A DNA stretch of 64,000 nucleotides from a virus: positions 32,001-96,000 of IMG/VR virus record IMGVR_UViG_3300031954_000001; one strand, given 5' to 3'. Below the pieces are notes generated by a model, which was not told the DNA's origin, did no database searches, and was given only the letters and a program-made list of their open reading frames with translations. Below, in pieces: positions 56,987-64,000 of this stretch. The translations under genes were made by a program, and so were the position numbers. Each line of letters opens with the position of its first letter. Position 1 is the first letter of the stretch.

Positions 56987-57129
56987 TAGTCGACTCCTCA
57001 CTATGAGTGATTGGGAGCCGGCTCCGCCATCCGTGCAGGACCCTGGACCGGGGGCAGCTACGGGGCCTCGGCGCTATCAGGAGCCACGATACGCTGGCTG
57101 GTTTATGAAGTCCCGTCTACCCTGGTGAC

Positions 57130-57434
57130 ATGGGCCGGTCCAGCCCGAGCGATGGCTGCCAGTTCCCGGGTACGCGGGCTTCTACGAGGTCTCCGACCAT
57201 GGGAACGTCTACAGCCTGCCCCGGGCATCGACCGCGGGCGGCCTGCTCAACGTCGGTGTCAATTCCGCTGGATACCGGATGGCCGGGCTGTCTAAGTACG
57301 GCCGGGTCCGGTTCGTCCCGGTCGGCCGCCTGGTGCTGCTCGCCTTCCGCGGGCGCCCCGATCCAGGCCAGCGCGCTAAGCACGGGCCGGGCGGGAAGAC
57401 CGACGACAGCCTGGCAAACTTGCACTGGGGCTAG
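57130..57434 (+). pseudogene. Frameshifted, truncated NUMOD4-HNH gene
   Basis: Frame ERWLPVPGYAGFYEVSDHG...RLVLLAF...HGPGG...NLHWG* has no in-frame start; ATG 57130 is out of frame. Confidence 0.7.
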
Positions 57435-57454
57435 GACTAGATACGGAGCCGCTG

Positions 57455-57961
57455 ATGGACAGCGAGGCCGTCCGGGCATCGGCGCTGGCAGCCGCCGCCA
57501 TAGTTTATGAAGGGCAGGCGGTGCTGCCCGGAGTACTGACCAGCTACGCCGATCAGCTGGTCCCGTGGATCACCCAGCTACCAACCGTCCGGCTGGACTG
57601 CACCTTGCAGCTCCTGCCACATATCAGCGTTCACAACCCTAACGGAGGAGCAGTCATGGCCACCGGAACCGCTGGCGTCAGCACCGCTGTCGCGATTACC
57701 GCGACGCCCAAGGATGCCTCGGATAACACCAACACCGCCGACAGCATCGGCTACACGATCTCCGACCCGTCCGGCGTGCTCGGTACGCCGACGATCAGCG
57801 CCGACACGTTCGCCTGGAATTGCTCGCTGTCCGGCGTCGTAGGCTCGGCAACCGTCACCGCCAGGTCGAACCTGGTCCCCGCCGTGACCGCCTACGTCGC
57901 GCAGATCGACATCTCGGCCGGCGCGACCACCCACATCGTCGGCTCGGTAACGATAACCTGA
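57455..57961 (+). CDS. Protein with C-terminal Ig-like domain; second in-frame start at 57656
   Basis: Thr/Ser-rich beta pattern; GGAGGAG RBS before ATG 57656. Confidence 0.65.
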   Translation: MDSEAVRASALAAAAIVYEGQAVLPGVLTSYADQLVPWITQLPTVRLDCTLQLLPHISVHNPNGGAVMATGTAGVSTAVAITATPKDASDNTNTADSIGYTISDPSGVLGTPTISADTFAWNCSLSGVVGSATVTARSNLVPAVTAYVAQIDISAGATTHIVGSVTIT

Positions 57962-57964
57962 TAC

Positions 57965-58116
57965 CGCTCCCAGGGCGCGGAAGCGAGTCGGACGGCCTCA
58001 CACCCGGCCGGGCGAGCAGGAGGCGCGGCGGAGCCAACGGGGAACCGGGCGGTGACCGCGGGAGAGCGCACCCGCGGGACATCCGCGCAGGCCCTCAGTA
58101 GCCGACCCTGGGAGCG
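57965..58116 (+). ncRNA. Candidate ~150-nt structured RNA/leader
   Basis: 11-bp closing stem plus nested stems. Confidence 0.5.
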
Positions 58117-58118
58117 TC

Positions 58119-58238
58119 GTGAACCTGGGCGAGATGCCTCTGGACAGCAAGGAACACGTCCGGGCGCTGGCCATGATCCGGCTGGCCGCCGAGCAGCTGG
58201 GCATGTCCTTCACCGAGGACGGGCGGCCCGTCGCCTGA
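58119..58238 (+). CDS. 39-aa hypothetical peptide
   Basis: GGGAG RBS, GTG start, high GC3. Confidence 0.55.
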   Translation: MNLGEMPLDSKEHVRALAMIRLAAEQLGMSFTEDGRPVA

Positions 58239-58241
58239 TCC

Positions 58242-58255
58242 TCCCACCGATGGGA
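58242..58255. promoter_or_regulatory. Dyad site TCCCACCGATGGGA (copy 6)
   Basis: Between convergent stop codons at 58238 and 58259. Confidence 0.75.
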
Positions 58256-58258
58256 GTA

Positions 58259-59335
58259 TCACAGCTTCTCAGCCAGGGTCAGGAACCGCTTCGCGTTGGC
58301 CTCGAACGTGCGGTCGGCGATGGCAGACCGGGCCTGGCGCGCGGCCTCCTCCCGTTTCGCGTCGTGAGCTAGCATCCAGCGCAGCTTGTCGCTGGCGTCC
58401 TTCGGGTCACCGAAAGTAGGCAGCATCGGGAACACTGCGTCACCTTCGGGTCTCGGGTCGCGGATGAAGGGCAGCTGAACCGCCGCCATCTCCACCTCGC
58501 GCGGCCCCATGGCGTACGCCTGGCCGTTCCAGTGCTCGTACGGGCTGGTCTCCCGCCGGTAGAAGTTGATTCCCATCTTCGCGTGCTGGTACAGCCCGAT
58601 CGCTTGCTCGTTGTCGACGCAGTCGGGCTGCCCGAGCTCGGATCCGACGAACCGGGCCACGGTGGAGGCCGGGTCCAGCTTGCCCCACTCGTTGCCGCCG
58701 AGCAGTACGTCGATGCCGTCCAGGTCCATGAGCTCGAAAAACGAGACCCGGCTGGGGAACGCGGTGCCGATGAAGCACAGGTCGCTGGCCAGTTCCGGGT
58801 TACGCGGGCCTTGCCGGGGCCGGTGCAACGACGGCCGGTAGGCGTGCGGCATGTACTCGGCGCGCACGTGCTCCCGGAACATCTCTATGTTGACCGGGTC
58901 ATTGAGCAGCACCAGGTCGGCCATCTGGGCGCGCGTCATCTGCTCGTCGTCCTGATACGGGCTCTCGGTCGTGAGCATGATGATCTTGAAGTTACGCATC
59001 CGCATCAGCTGCATGGTCCCGGCGTTCATGTAGAACCCGCTGATGCACAGCACGACGTCCGGCCAGAAGGTCAGCAGCGCGTGGCTGAGCCCTTCCATGG
59101 CGGCGTGGAAGATACCATCCTCGGTGAACATGTTCTTCACGATCGGGTGGCCGCTCTCATCAACCTGGTGCGTATCGACCAGCGCGCTGCCGAACGCTAC
59201 CAACCTGTCATTCATGTTAAAAGGGGCGACGTTGCCCGGGCCGAGCAAGCCGGTCAGCGCCTCCATCCAGCCAGCAAAGACGTCATGCACACTGAAGTCG
59301 GGTAAAGGCCCAGGATGAAGAACTAGAACACGCAT
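58259..59335 (-). CDS. GT-B glycosyltransferase, CgeB-like
   Basis: E.PY, DLCFIGT.F..R, Y..AK..IN..R, PR.VE.AA motifs. Confidence 0.8.
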   Translation of the reverse strand: MRVLVLHPGPLPDFSVHDVFAGWMEALTGLLGPGNVAPFNMNDRLVAFGSALVDTHQVDESGHPIVKNMFTEDGIFHAAMEGLSHALLTFWPDVVLCISGFYMNAGTMQLMRMRNFKIIMLTTESPYQDDEQMTRAQMADLVLLNDPVNIEMFREHVRAEYMPHAYRPSLHRPRQGPRNPELASDLCFIGTAFPSRVSFFELMDLDGIDVLLGGNEWGKLDPASTVARFVGSELGQPDCVDNEQAIGLYQHAKMGINFYRRETSPYEHWNGQAYAMGPREVEMAAVQLPFIRDPRPEGDAVFPMLPTFGDPKDASDKLRWMLAHDAKREEAARQARSAIADRTFEANAKRFLTLAEKL

Positions 59336-59384
59336 GGGCTCTGACCACCCCCTTTCGCCGGCTTCCTCGTCCAGGTATCCGGCA

Positions 59385-59810
59385 TCAGTGCGCTCCGCCC
59401 TGCAGGTTTAGCCTGGCCCCGAAATAGGTTACGCCAGCATATTCTATTCTGCCGTAGTTCGAGATGGTCATGGGCTCGCACCATTCCGCGGTGCCCATGA
59501 GCGTCGGGTCTTTCAGGACCGCAGCCGGGACCGACTCGGTTTCCCCCGGGCCGATGCCCAGGTAGGCGTCCAGCGCGCGCTGGGTGATCTCTACCTGAGC
59601 GGAGTCGCTGATGATGAGCAGCACGACCAGAGTGAATCCGGCCGCCTCGTCAATGGTCTGCCCGTAGGTGATGAACGGCGTGCCGGGCACGACCACCGCG
59701 CACGGCGGGTTAACGTGGTCCCGGGCCTGCCCGTCGCAGCGCAGCCCGGTGTACTGCGTGATCTGGACGGCCAGCTGGTTGCGAATCGCGGTCATGTCAA
59801 CTTTGACCAC
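59385..59810 (-). CDS. Tail terminator-like protein
   Basis: IR..LA..I...GL...PP.AVV...Q..LD.YL pattern; position. Confidence 0.65.
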   Translation of the reverse strand: MVKVDMTAIRNQLAVQITQYTGLRCDGQARDHVNPPCAVVVPGTPFITYGQTIDEAAGFTLVVLLIISDSAQVEITQRALDAYLGIGPGETESVPAAVLKDPTLMGTAEWCEPMTISNYGRIEYAGVTYFGARLNLQGGAH

Positions 59811-60165
59811 CCCCTGGCGGTTGCTCCTGCTCGCCGGGCCGCAGCCAGCCGGGCGGCGGGTCGGTCACCCAGTCAGCCGGGTCCTTGCCGGCGTTCGGGC
59901 AGCCGCCGCCATGCCCGCCGCCGCCGTAGGCGAAGCAGACCGGGCACTCACCGATCTCGGTCATGCTGCCGGACCCGCCCTGGCCGATCTGCCCGATGTC
60001 CGGGTCGGTGTACTCATAGACGGTCACGATGGCTGCGCCGACCCCGATGTCCACCGCGTCATCGGTCTTGGCCACGGACATGGCATCGCCCGCCACCGCA
60101 GTGTCGGGCAGCGCCTTGCTGCTGCGCCTGCGGGGTGCGGGCAGCTTGTCGCCCGCCGGGCTCAC
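59797..60165 (-). CDS. Hypothetical protein (CxxC...H...C)
   Basis: GTGA coupling. Confidence 0.55.
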   Translation of the reverse strand: MSPAGDKLPAPRRRSSKALPDTAVAGDAMSVAKTDDAVDIGVGAAIVTVYEYTDPDIGQIGQGGSGSMTEIGECPVCFAYGGGGHGGGCPNAGKDPADWVTDPPPGWLRPGEQEQPPGGGQS

Positions 60166-60401
60166 TTCCCGGCGCCCTTGCCGGCCGGCTTGGCGGGCGC
60201 CTTCGCGGGCGCCTTTGCCTTGCCCTTGCCGCCGAACGGCGGGGCCTGCTTGCCGCCGAACGGCTTGCCGGCGCCCTGGGCGCTCGCGGGTCCTCCGGTG
60301 GTCCCGGTGGTTCCGCTCGCGGCCGGGCCGGTACTGCCGGCGGTCCCGGGCTTGGCGGGCGCCTTCCCCTTGGGCTTGGCTGGTGGCTTGGCTGGTGGCA
60401 T
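60162..60401 (-). CDS. Basic K/P/A/G-rich small protein
   Basis: AACAGGAGGAG RBS before ATG 60401; PFGGK repeats. Confidence 0.6.
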   Translation of the reverse strand: MPPAKPPAKPKGKAPAKPGTAGSTGPAASGTTGTTGGPASAQGAGKPFGGKQAPPFGGKGKAKAPAKAPAKPAGKGAGK

Positions 60402-60415
60402 GGCTCCTCCTGTTG

Positions 60416-60523
60416 TTACTGGGGTGCTCCCTCGCAGCAGTTCTCTTTCAGCCCGCAGGCCGGGCAGCGCCACCGGCAGCCCACCGGGTCATAGCGGTGC
60501 CCGCAGCCGTCGCAGATCTTCAC
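60416..60523 (-). CDS. 35-aa Zn-finger peptide
   Basis: CDGC...CRWRCPACG...CC; GTGA coupling. Confidence 0.6.
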   Translation of the reverse strand: MKICDGCGHRYDPVGCRWRCPACGLKENCCEGAPQ

Positions 60524-61164
60524 TCGCCCTCCCACTCCAGCCACCACGCCTCCTCGGGCGTGCCGTCGCGGGGCAGTGCCCGGCACCAGCTGATCATCCC
60601 GTCGTCGGTGGCCAGCGCCGCGTGGTAGCCGCTGCCGAGCTGTACCCCGTAGATCAGGCCGGGTGAGCCGCAGTCCGGGTCGCACTGCTCGAAGTAGGCC
60701 AGATGCTCGCCGCCCAGGCCGTGCTCGCGGGCGGCCTCGAACAGCTCGCCGAGCGGCACGTTCCCGGCCAGCTGCCAGAACTCGATGATGTCCGAGGGCT
60801 GGACGCAGGCCCCGGTGTGGATCAGCAGATGCTCCGACAGCGCGACCGGCCCGCACACCGGCAGCAGCTGAAGATCCAGCCAGAGCGCTCCCGGACTTGG
60901 AACCAGGCCCGGGACATCCAGCCGCTGGACCGCCATCACCCAGCCGGGAAGCGCCGCCGCTGGTTTCTTCCGCACCGCCGGGGCCTTGCCGCTGGCGCGG
61001 GCTCGCTGCGCGGCGCGGGCTACGGCCAGGTTCCGGCGCGAGGCCGCCTTCTGCTTGGCGGTCCGCGCCCGGCCTTTCAGCGCGGCCCTGGCCTTGACCA
61101 GGTTGGCCCGGTCCGCGGCGGCCTGCTTTGGGGAGATCGCGCTGACCCGCTTGGCCGCCGTCAT
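60520..61164 (-). CDS. Basic repeat N-terminus plus possible papain/C39-like domain
   Basis: KQ.AA.R.NL..ARAA twice; CGPVAL...YHAA...ISW. Confidence 0.55.
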   Translation of the reverse strand: MTAAKRVSAISPKQAAADRANLVKARAALKGRARTAKQKAASRRNLAVARAAQRARASGKAPAVRKKPAAALPGWVMAVQRLDVPGLVPSPGALWLDLQLLPVCGPVALSEHLLIHTGACVQPSDIIEFWQLAGNVPLGELFEAAREHGLGGEHLAYFEQCDPDCGSPGLIYGVQLGSGYHAALATDDGMISWCRALPRDGTPEEAWWLEWEGE

Positions 61165-61273
61165 AACCGGCCGCGTCCTCCGCAGCCGCCCCGGCTCCCG
61201 GCGCAGGCCGCCGGCATGACGGTCGGCACCAGGGCGGGGCAGTTGACGGTGGTCAGGACGAACACCGGTCTCC

Positions 61274-61444
61274 CTAAACCGGCTGGACTGTCGGCGGCGG
61301 CGGGTGCTCTACCGCATTATGGGCGTCCTGCGCCTCCATCGGGATGATCGCCTGGCAGGTATCGCAGGGCTTGAGGTGAACCGCGTCGGTGACCGGGCCT
61401 TCTGCCGTGTCCGGCACCCACAGCAGGACGGGAACGTACGTCAT
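61274..61444 (-). CDS. Small CxxC...H...H protein
   Basis: AGGAGGAG RBS; 56 aa. Confidence 0.6.
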   Translation of the reverse strand: MTYVPVLLWVPDTAEGPVTDAVHLKPCDTCQAIIPMEAQDAHNAVEHPPPPTVQPV

Positions 61445-61455
61445 TTCTCCTCCTA

Positions 61456-62415
61456 TCAGATTCCGACTTTATGTCTCGGATTGACGAATGCCTGCAAATT
61501 CTCCACTACAGAAGTATTGCTCTGAATGCGGATCACGCCGATGTCGGAAACGCCGGCCACGCCGAAAGGCGCGTCCTTGGTCTTATAGATGTCAGACGCG
61601 AGAATCCGGTTCGACTCCGAAATCTGCCACGGGACAGATTTCCATCCCCACGGGCCGACGATCTTGACCCGGTCCATGTGGCTGTAGGGCCAGGTGAACG
61701 GCAGCCACTTACCCGACTGGACGACCTGGATCTGGCGGAACGGCCGGGATGCACCGGTCCCGGTGTAGTTCGGGTTGAACCGCCCCGGCCCGTAGCGCAG
61801 CACGAAATCGGTGCCCCGGACCCAGGTCTGCTCGTAAATGCCGTCGCCGTCGTAATCGACTGTCATCACGATGGACGGGTCATCGACCAGGTCGTCAATA
61901 TCCAATGTCCACACATTCGTCGGCTGGTATGTGCGGGCTTCTACGATGCGATTGAAATGTCTACCGCACCATTCATTAATCCACCCCGCCGCCGTGGCGA
62001 TCGCGTTAAGCAGCAGGGAATCGTCGCTGGTGTCGGTGATCCCGAGCCGGTCGTGCATCTCTTCCAGGCTGGTGTACCACAACTGGCTGACCGCGGAGGG
62101 CATGACGCGCCAGGTGCCGGGCTGGACGTCGCTGACGACCCCGCTGCCGACCCACTCATACCCCCACAGCCCGTCGATCCCGGCGACGGACGGTGAGCAC
62201 GGCACGGACAAGGTGTACTTGCCGGTCATCACCTTGACGATGTCGGCGGGCGCGGTGCCGAGGTAGGTGTGGGTGACCGATACCCCGGCCGGCTCGGTGA
62301 TCACGCAGTACACCGAGGTCGGGTCGGCGGGGGTGCCGTTGCCGTCCGCGAAGCCGGCTGACAGCACGGCGATCTCGGACTGGTTGTCGTAGAAGACCTG
62401 CGCGGTCACACTCAC
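61456..62415 (-). CDS. Head-to-tail adaptor with extra N-terminal beta domain
   Basis: Y.SL.E....LGITD..DD..L...I..A...I...CGR.F; WGW..VP; APFGVAG. Confidence 0.8.
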   Translation of the reverse strand: MSVTAQVFYDNQSEIAVLSAGFADGNGTPADPTSVYCVITEPAGVSVTHTYLGTAPADIVKVMTGKYTLSVPCSPSVAGIDGLWGYEWVGSGVVSDVQPGTWRVMPSAVSQLWYTSLEEMHDRLGITDTSDDSLLLNAIATAAGWINEWCGRHFNRIVEARTYQPTNVWTLDIDDLVDDPSIVMTVDYDGDGIYEQTWVRGTDFVLRYGPGRFNPNYTGTGASRPFRQIQVVQSGKWLPFTWPYSHMDRVKIVGPWGWKSVPWQISESNRILASDIYKTKDAPFGVAGVSDIGVIRIQSNTSVVENLQAFVNPRHKVGI

Positions 62416-62477
62416 CTCCGGTGGTCCCGCACGAGGTGAGGTGGCTGACCAGCTTCCAGCTTAGGCCCCGGCGGCCC

Positions 62478-62696
62478 TTACGGCCAGGTGCCTGTCACCC
62501 GGCCGTTGACCCGCAGCATCACCATGGCCGGGACCGGGCCGTCCCAGCGGATCTGCGCGACCCGGCCGGCCTCGTCCCAGTCCAGGAACGCGGGCTGCCA
62601 CCCGGTGCCGGGGGCTTCCATCTCGATGACAGCCAGCTCGGGTCCGTCGAAGGCGACGCGCAGCCATCCGTCACCGGTAACGTACGGTTTCACCAC
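62478..62696 (-). CDS. Hypothetical virion-region protein
   Basis: AGGAG RBS. Confidence 0.55.
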   Translation of the reverse strand: MVKPYVTGDGWLRVAFDGPELAVIEMEAPGTGWQPAFLDWDEAGRVAQIRWDGPVPAMVMLRVNGRVTGTWP

Positions 62697-62706
62697 GGCT
62701 CCTAGC

Positions 62707-63063
62707 CTAGGTCACGGTCAGCGTATCCACTTTCCGAATAATGGCTTCCGAGGCGGTGACCACCAGGACCCACACCTGGTAGCTGCCCGGGGTCAGCGTT
62801 GACAGGTCCCCGGCCGGCACGCCCGCGCTGCCCGGGCCGACCTTGGTCACCACGTCCACCTGCCCGGTCACAGCGAGCGGCGGCAGCGGCAGGATGGTGC
62901 CATCGACCAGGGTGACGGTGGTGAAGTCGGTTACGGCCGGGATCTGGTTGGGGTTGGTGTTGACGTAGATCCCGACCCGGGTGATGTCGCTGACGTGCCC
63001 GCGGGTGATGGTCAGGGTGTTGGCGATGTACTCGGTGGCGGTGTTGTAGATGGACGTGCTCAT
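62707..63063 (-). CDS. Virion structural protein (beta-sandwich)
   Basis: L.PG.Y.VWV.V....E pattern; TGATG coupling. Confidence 0.65.
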   Translation of the reverse strand: MSTSIYNTATEYIANTLTITRGHVSDITRVGIYVNTNPNQIPAVTDFTTVTLVDGTILPLPPLAVTGQVDVVTKVGPGSAGVPAGDLSTLTPGSYQVWVLVVTASEAIIRKVDTLTVT

Positions 63064-64000
63064 CAGCTGCTCCTGTTCAGGGTGACCGGCCCGGCGGACT
63101 TGCCGTCACCCGCGGTCGGCCCTGCGGCGGCGATCTGCGCCCGGGACGCGGTGGGGCTGACGGCCACGGTGATGTCAATCTGGCCGGTGACCGGCTCCAG
63201 CGAGACCGCCTTCGCGGTCGCGGCCGGCGGCGACGGCGTAACCCTGGGGAACGGCGGCGACGGAGCGCGGGCCGCCGCGACCGCCGCCCCCGCCACCACC
63301 GGCTGCACTTCCAGGTCCACCCAGTAGCACTGGTAGTAGCCGTCCACGTAGAGGTACGGGTACTGGTTGGGCGGCCCGACCGCGAACGTGGCCTGGCCCG
63401 GCTCGGTCAGCCCGTTGGAGTACGGCGGGGTGGTGGCCGCGGAGTTCAGGAACTCATACGACTGCTGGCCCGCCGTGGTGGGCGGCGCGTACAGCGGCCC
63501 CTCGGTGATCCCGCTGATGCCGCAGGCGTTGGCCGTGTTCCCGGAGTAGACGCCGAAGTAGCCGAACGTCATGGCGCTCCAGCTGTCCGGGGTGGCGGCG
63601 CCGTTGTAGATGCTGACCTTGTACGTGCCAATCGGCAGGGTCAGCGTGACCGGGGCCGAGATCCACCCGGACCCGGCCGCGCCGGACCAGGACGGGCTGG
63701 TGTTCCCGTAGATCCTGGTGCCGGTTGTCCCGGTCCCGGTGGGCACCCAGATATCGACGGACGTGGCCAGCTGCGCGGTGCCGGGCGGGCTGAAGTACCA
63801 GATCTTCTGCACGTAGCAGGCTTGGCTCAGCCGGATCTCGGTGGCGACGACGTAGTTGAGAGGGCTGTCGCCGCCGGTCCCGCTGACCGCGTCGGCCTTG
63901 TTCGGCCACAGCCGGTACGTGCCCGTATAGCTGGCCGGCGTGACGTCGGTGACCTGGACGTCGGCCCAGAAGTTGTCGGCCAGGGACTGGGACTGCGGCA
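63063..64000 (-). CDS. Partial virion protein with repeated DUF4082-like domains (runs off right edge)
   Basis: NFWADVQV and YWVDLEV repeat ends; SGW....L...Y.VS motif. Confidence 0.6.
   Translation of the reverse strand, partial: PQSQSLADNFWADVQVTDVTPASYTGTYRLWPNKADAVSGTGGDSPLNYVVATEIRLSQACYVQKIWYFSPPGTAQLATSVDIWVPTGTGTTGTRIYGNTSPSWSGAAGSGWISAPVTLTLPIGTYKVSIYNGAATPDSWSAMTFGYFGVYSGNTANACGISGITEGPLYAPPTTAGQQSYEFLNSAATTPPYSNGLTEPGQATFAVGPPNQYPYLYVDGYYQCYWVDLEVQPVVAGAAVAAARAPSPPFPRVTPSPPAATAKAVSLEPVTGQIDITVAVSPTASRAQIAAAGPTAGDGKSAGPVTLNRSS

Noticed and set aside
57002-57110. GGCTCC/GGAGCC pairings upstream of the major tail gene
   Set aside because: 6-bp stems are expected by chance at this GC content
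1-64000. Integrase/att site, tRNA, reverse transcriptase/DGR or retron
   Set aside because: No recombinase or RT motifs, cloverleafs or adenine-specific variable repeats recognised; the lysin repeat differs at all base types

Overview
The window is a 64-kb slice of a high-GC (roughly 70% by eye) tailed-phage genome. An Actinomycetota host is inferred from the Lsr2-like, Rpf and DUF1906 genes. No integrase, tRNA, rRNA or CRISPR array was recognised, and the head/terminase genes fall outside the window. Layout: (i) 1-17.2 kb, minus strand, replication and recombination. It holds a 1434-aa Toprim primase + P-loop helicase + family-A DNA polymerase in one ORF, a DNA methyltransferase, RuvC-like resolvase, MazG-like and NDT-like nucleotide enzymes, SNF2 helicase, a Q/P-rich SSB-like protein, a Cas4-like exonuclease, an orphan DUF1906 endolysin and a partial chorismate-lyase-like gene. 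(ii) 17.3-35.8 kb, plus strand, early/accessory genes: Lsr2-like, XRE regulator, DUF932, a membrane/lipoprotein cluster and many small ORFs. (iii) 35.8-64 kb, mostly minus strand, late genes: secreted LysM-Rpf, amidase endolysin, holin, Gly-rich tail proteins, a tape measure with NlpC/P60 and SLT domains, a frameshifted tail chaperone, major tail, a CgeB-like glycosyltransferase and head-tail proteins. Most notable: the single-chain replisome with an iteron-like repeat cluster in its linker; two endolysins 37 kb apart that share a ~91-aa C-terminal domain, each preceded by an in-frame AGGAG-N5-GTG internal start; a six-copy dyad site TCCCAY-CR-RTGGGA at gene junctions; and several structured non-coding segments. 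All family assignments come from reading motifs by eye, not from database searches.
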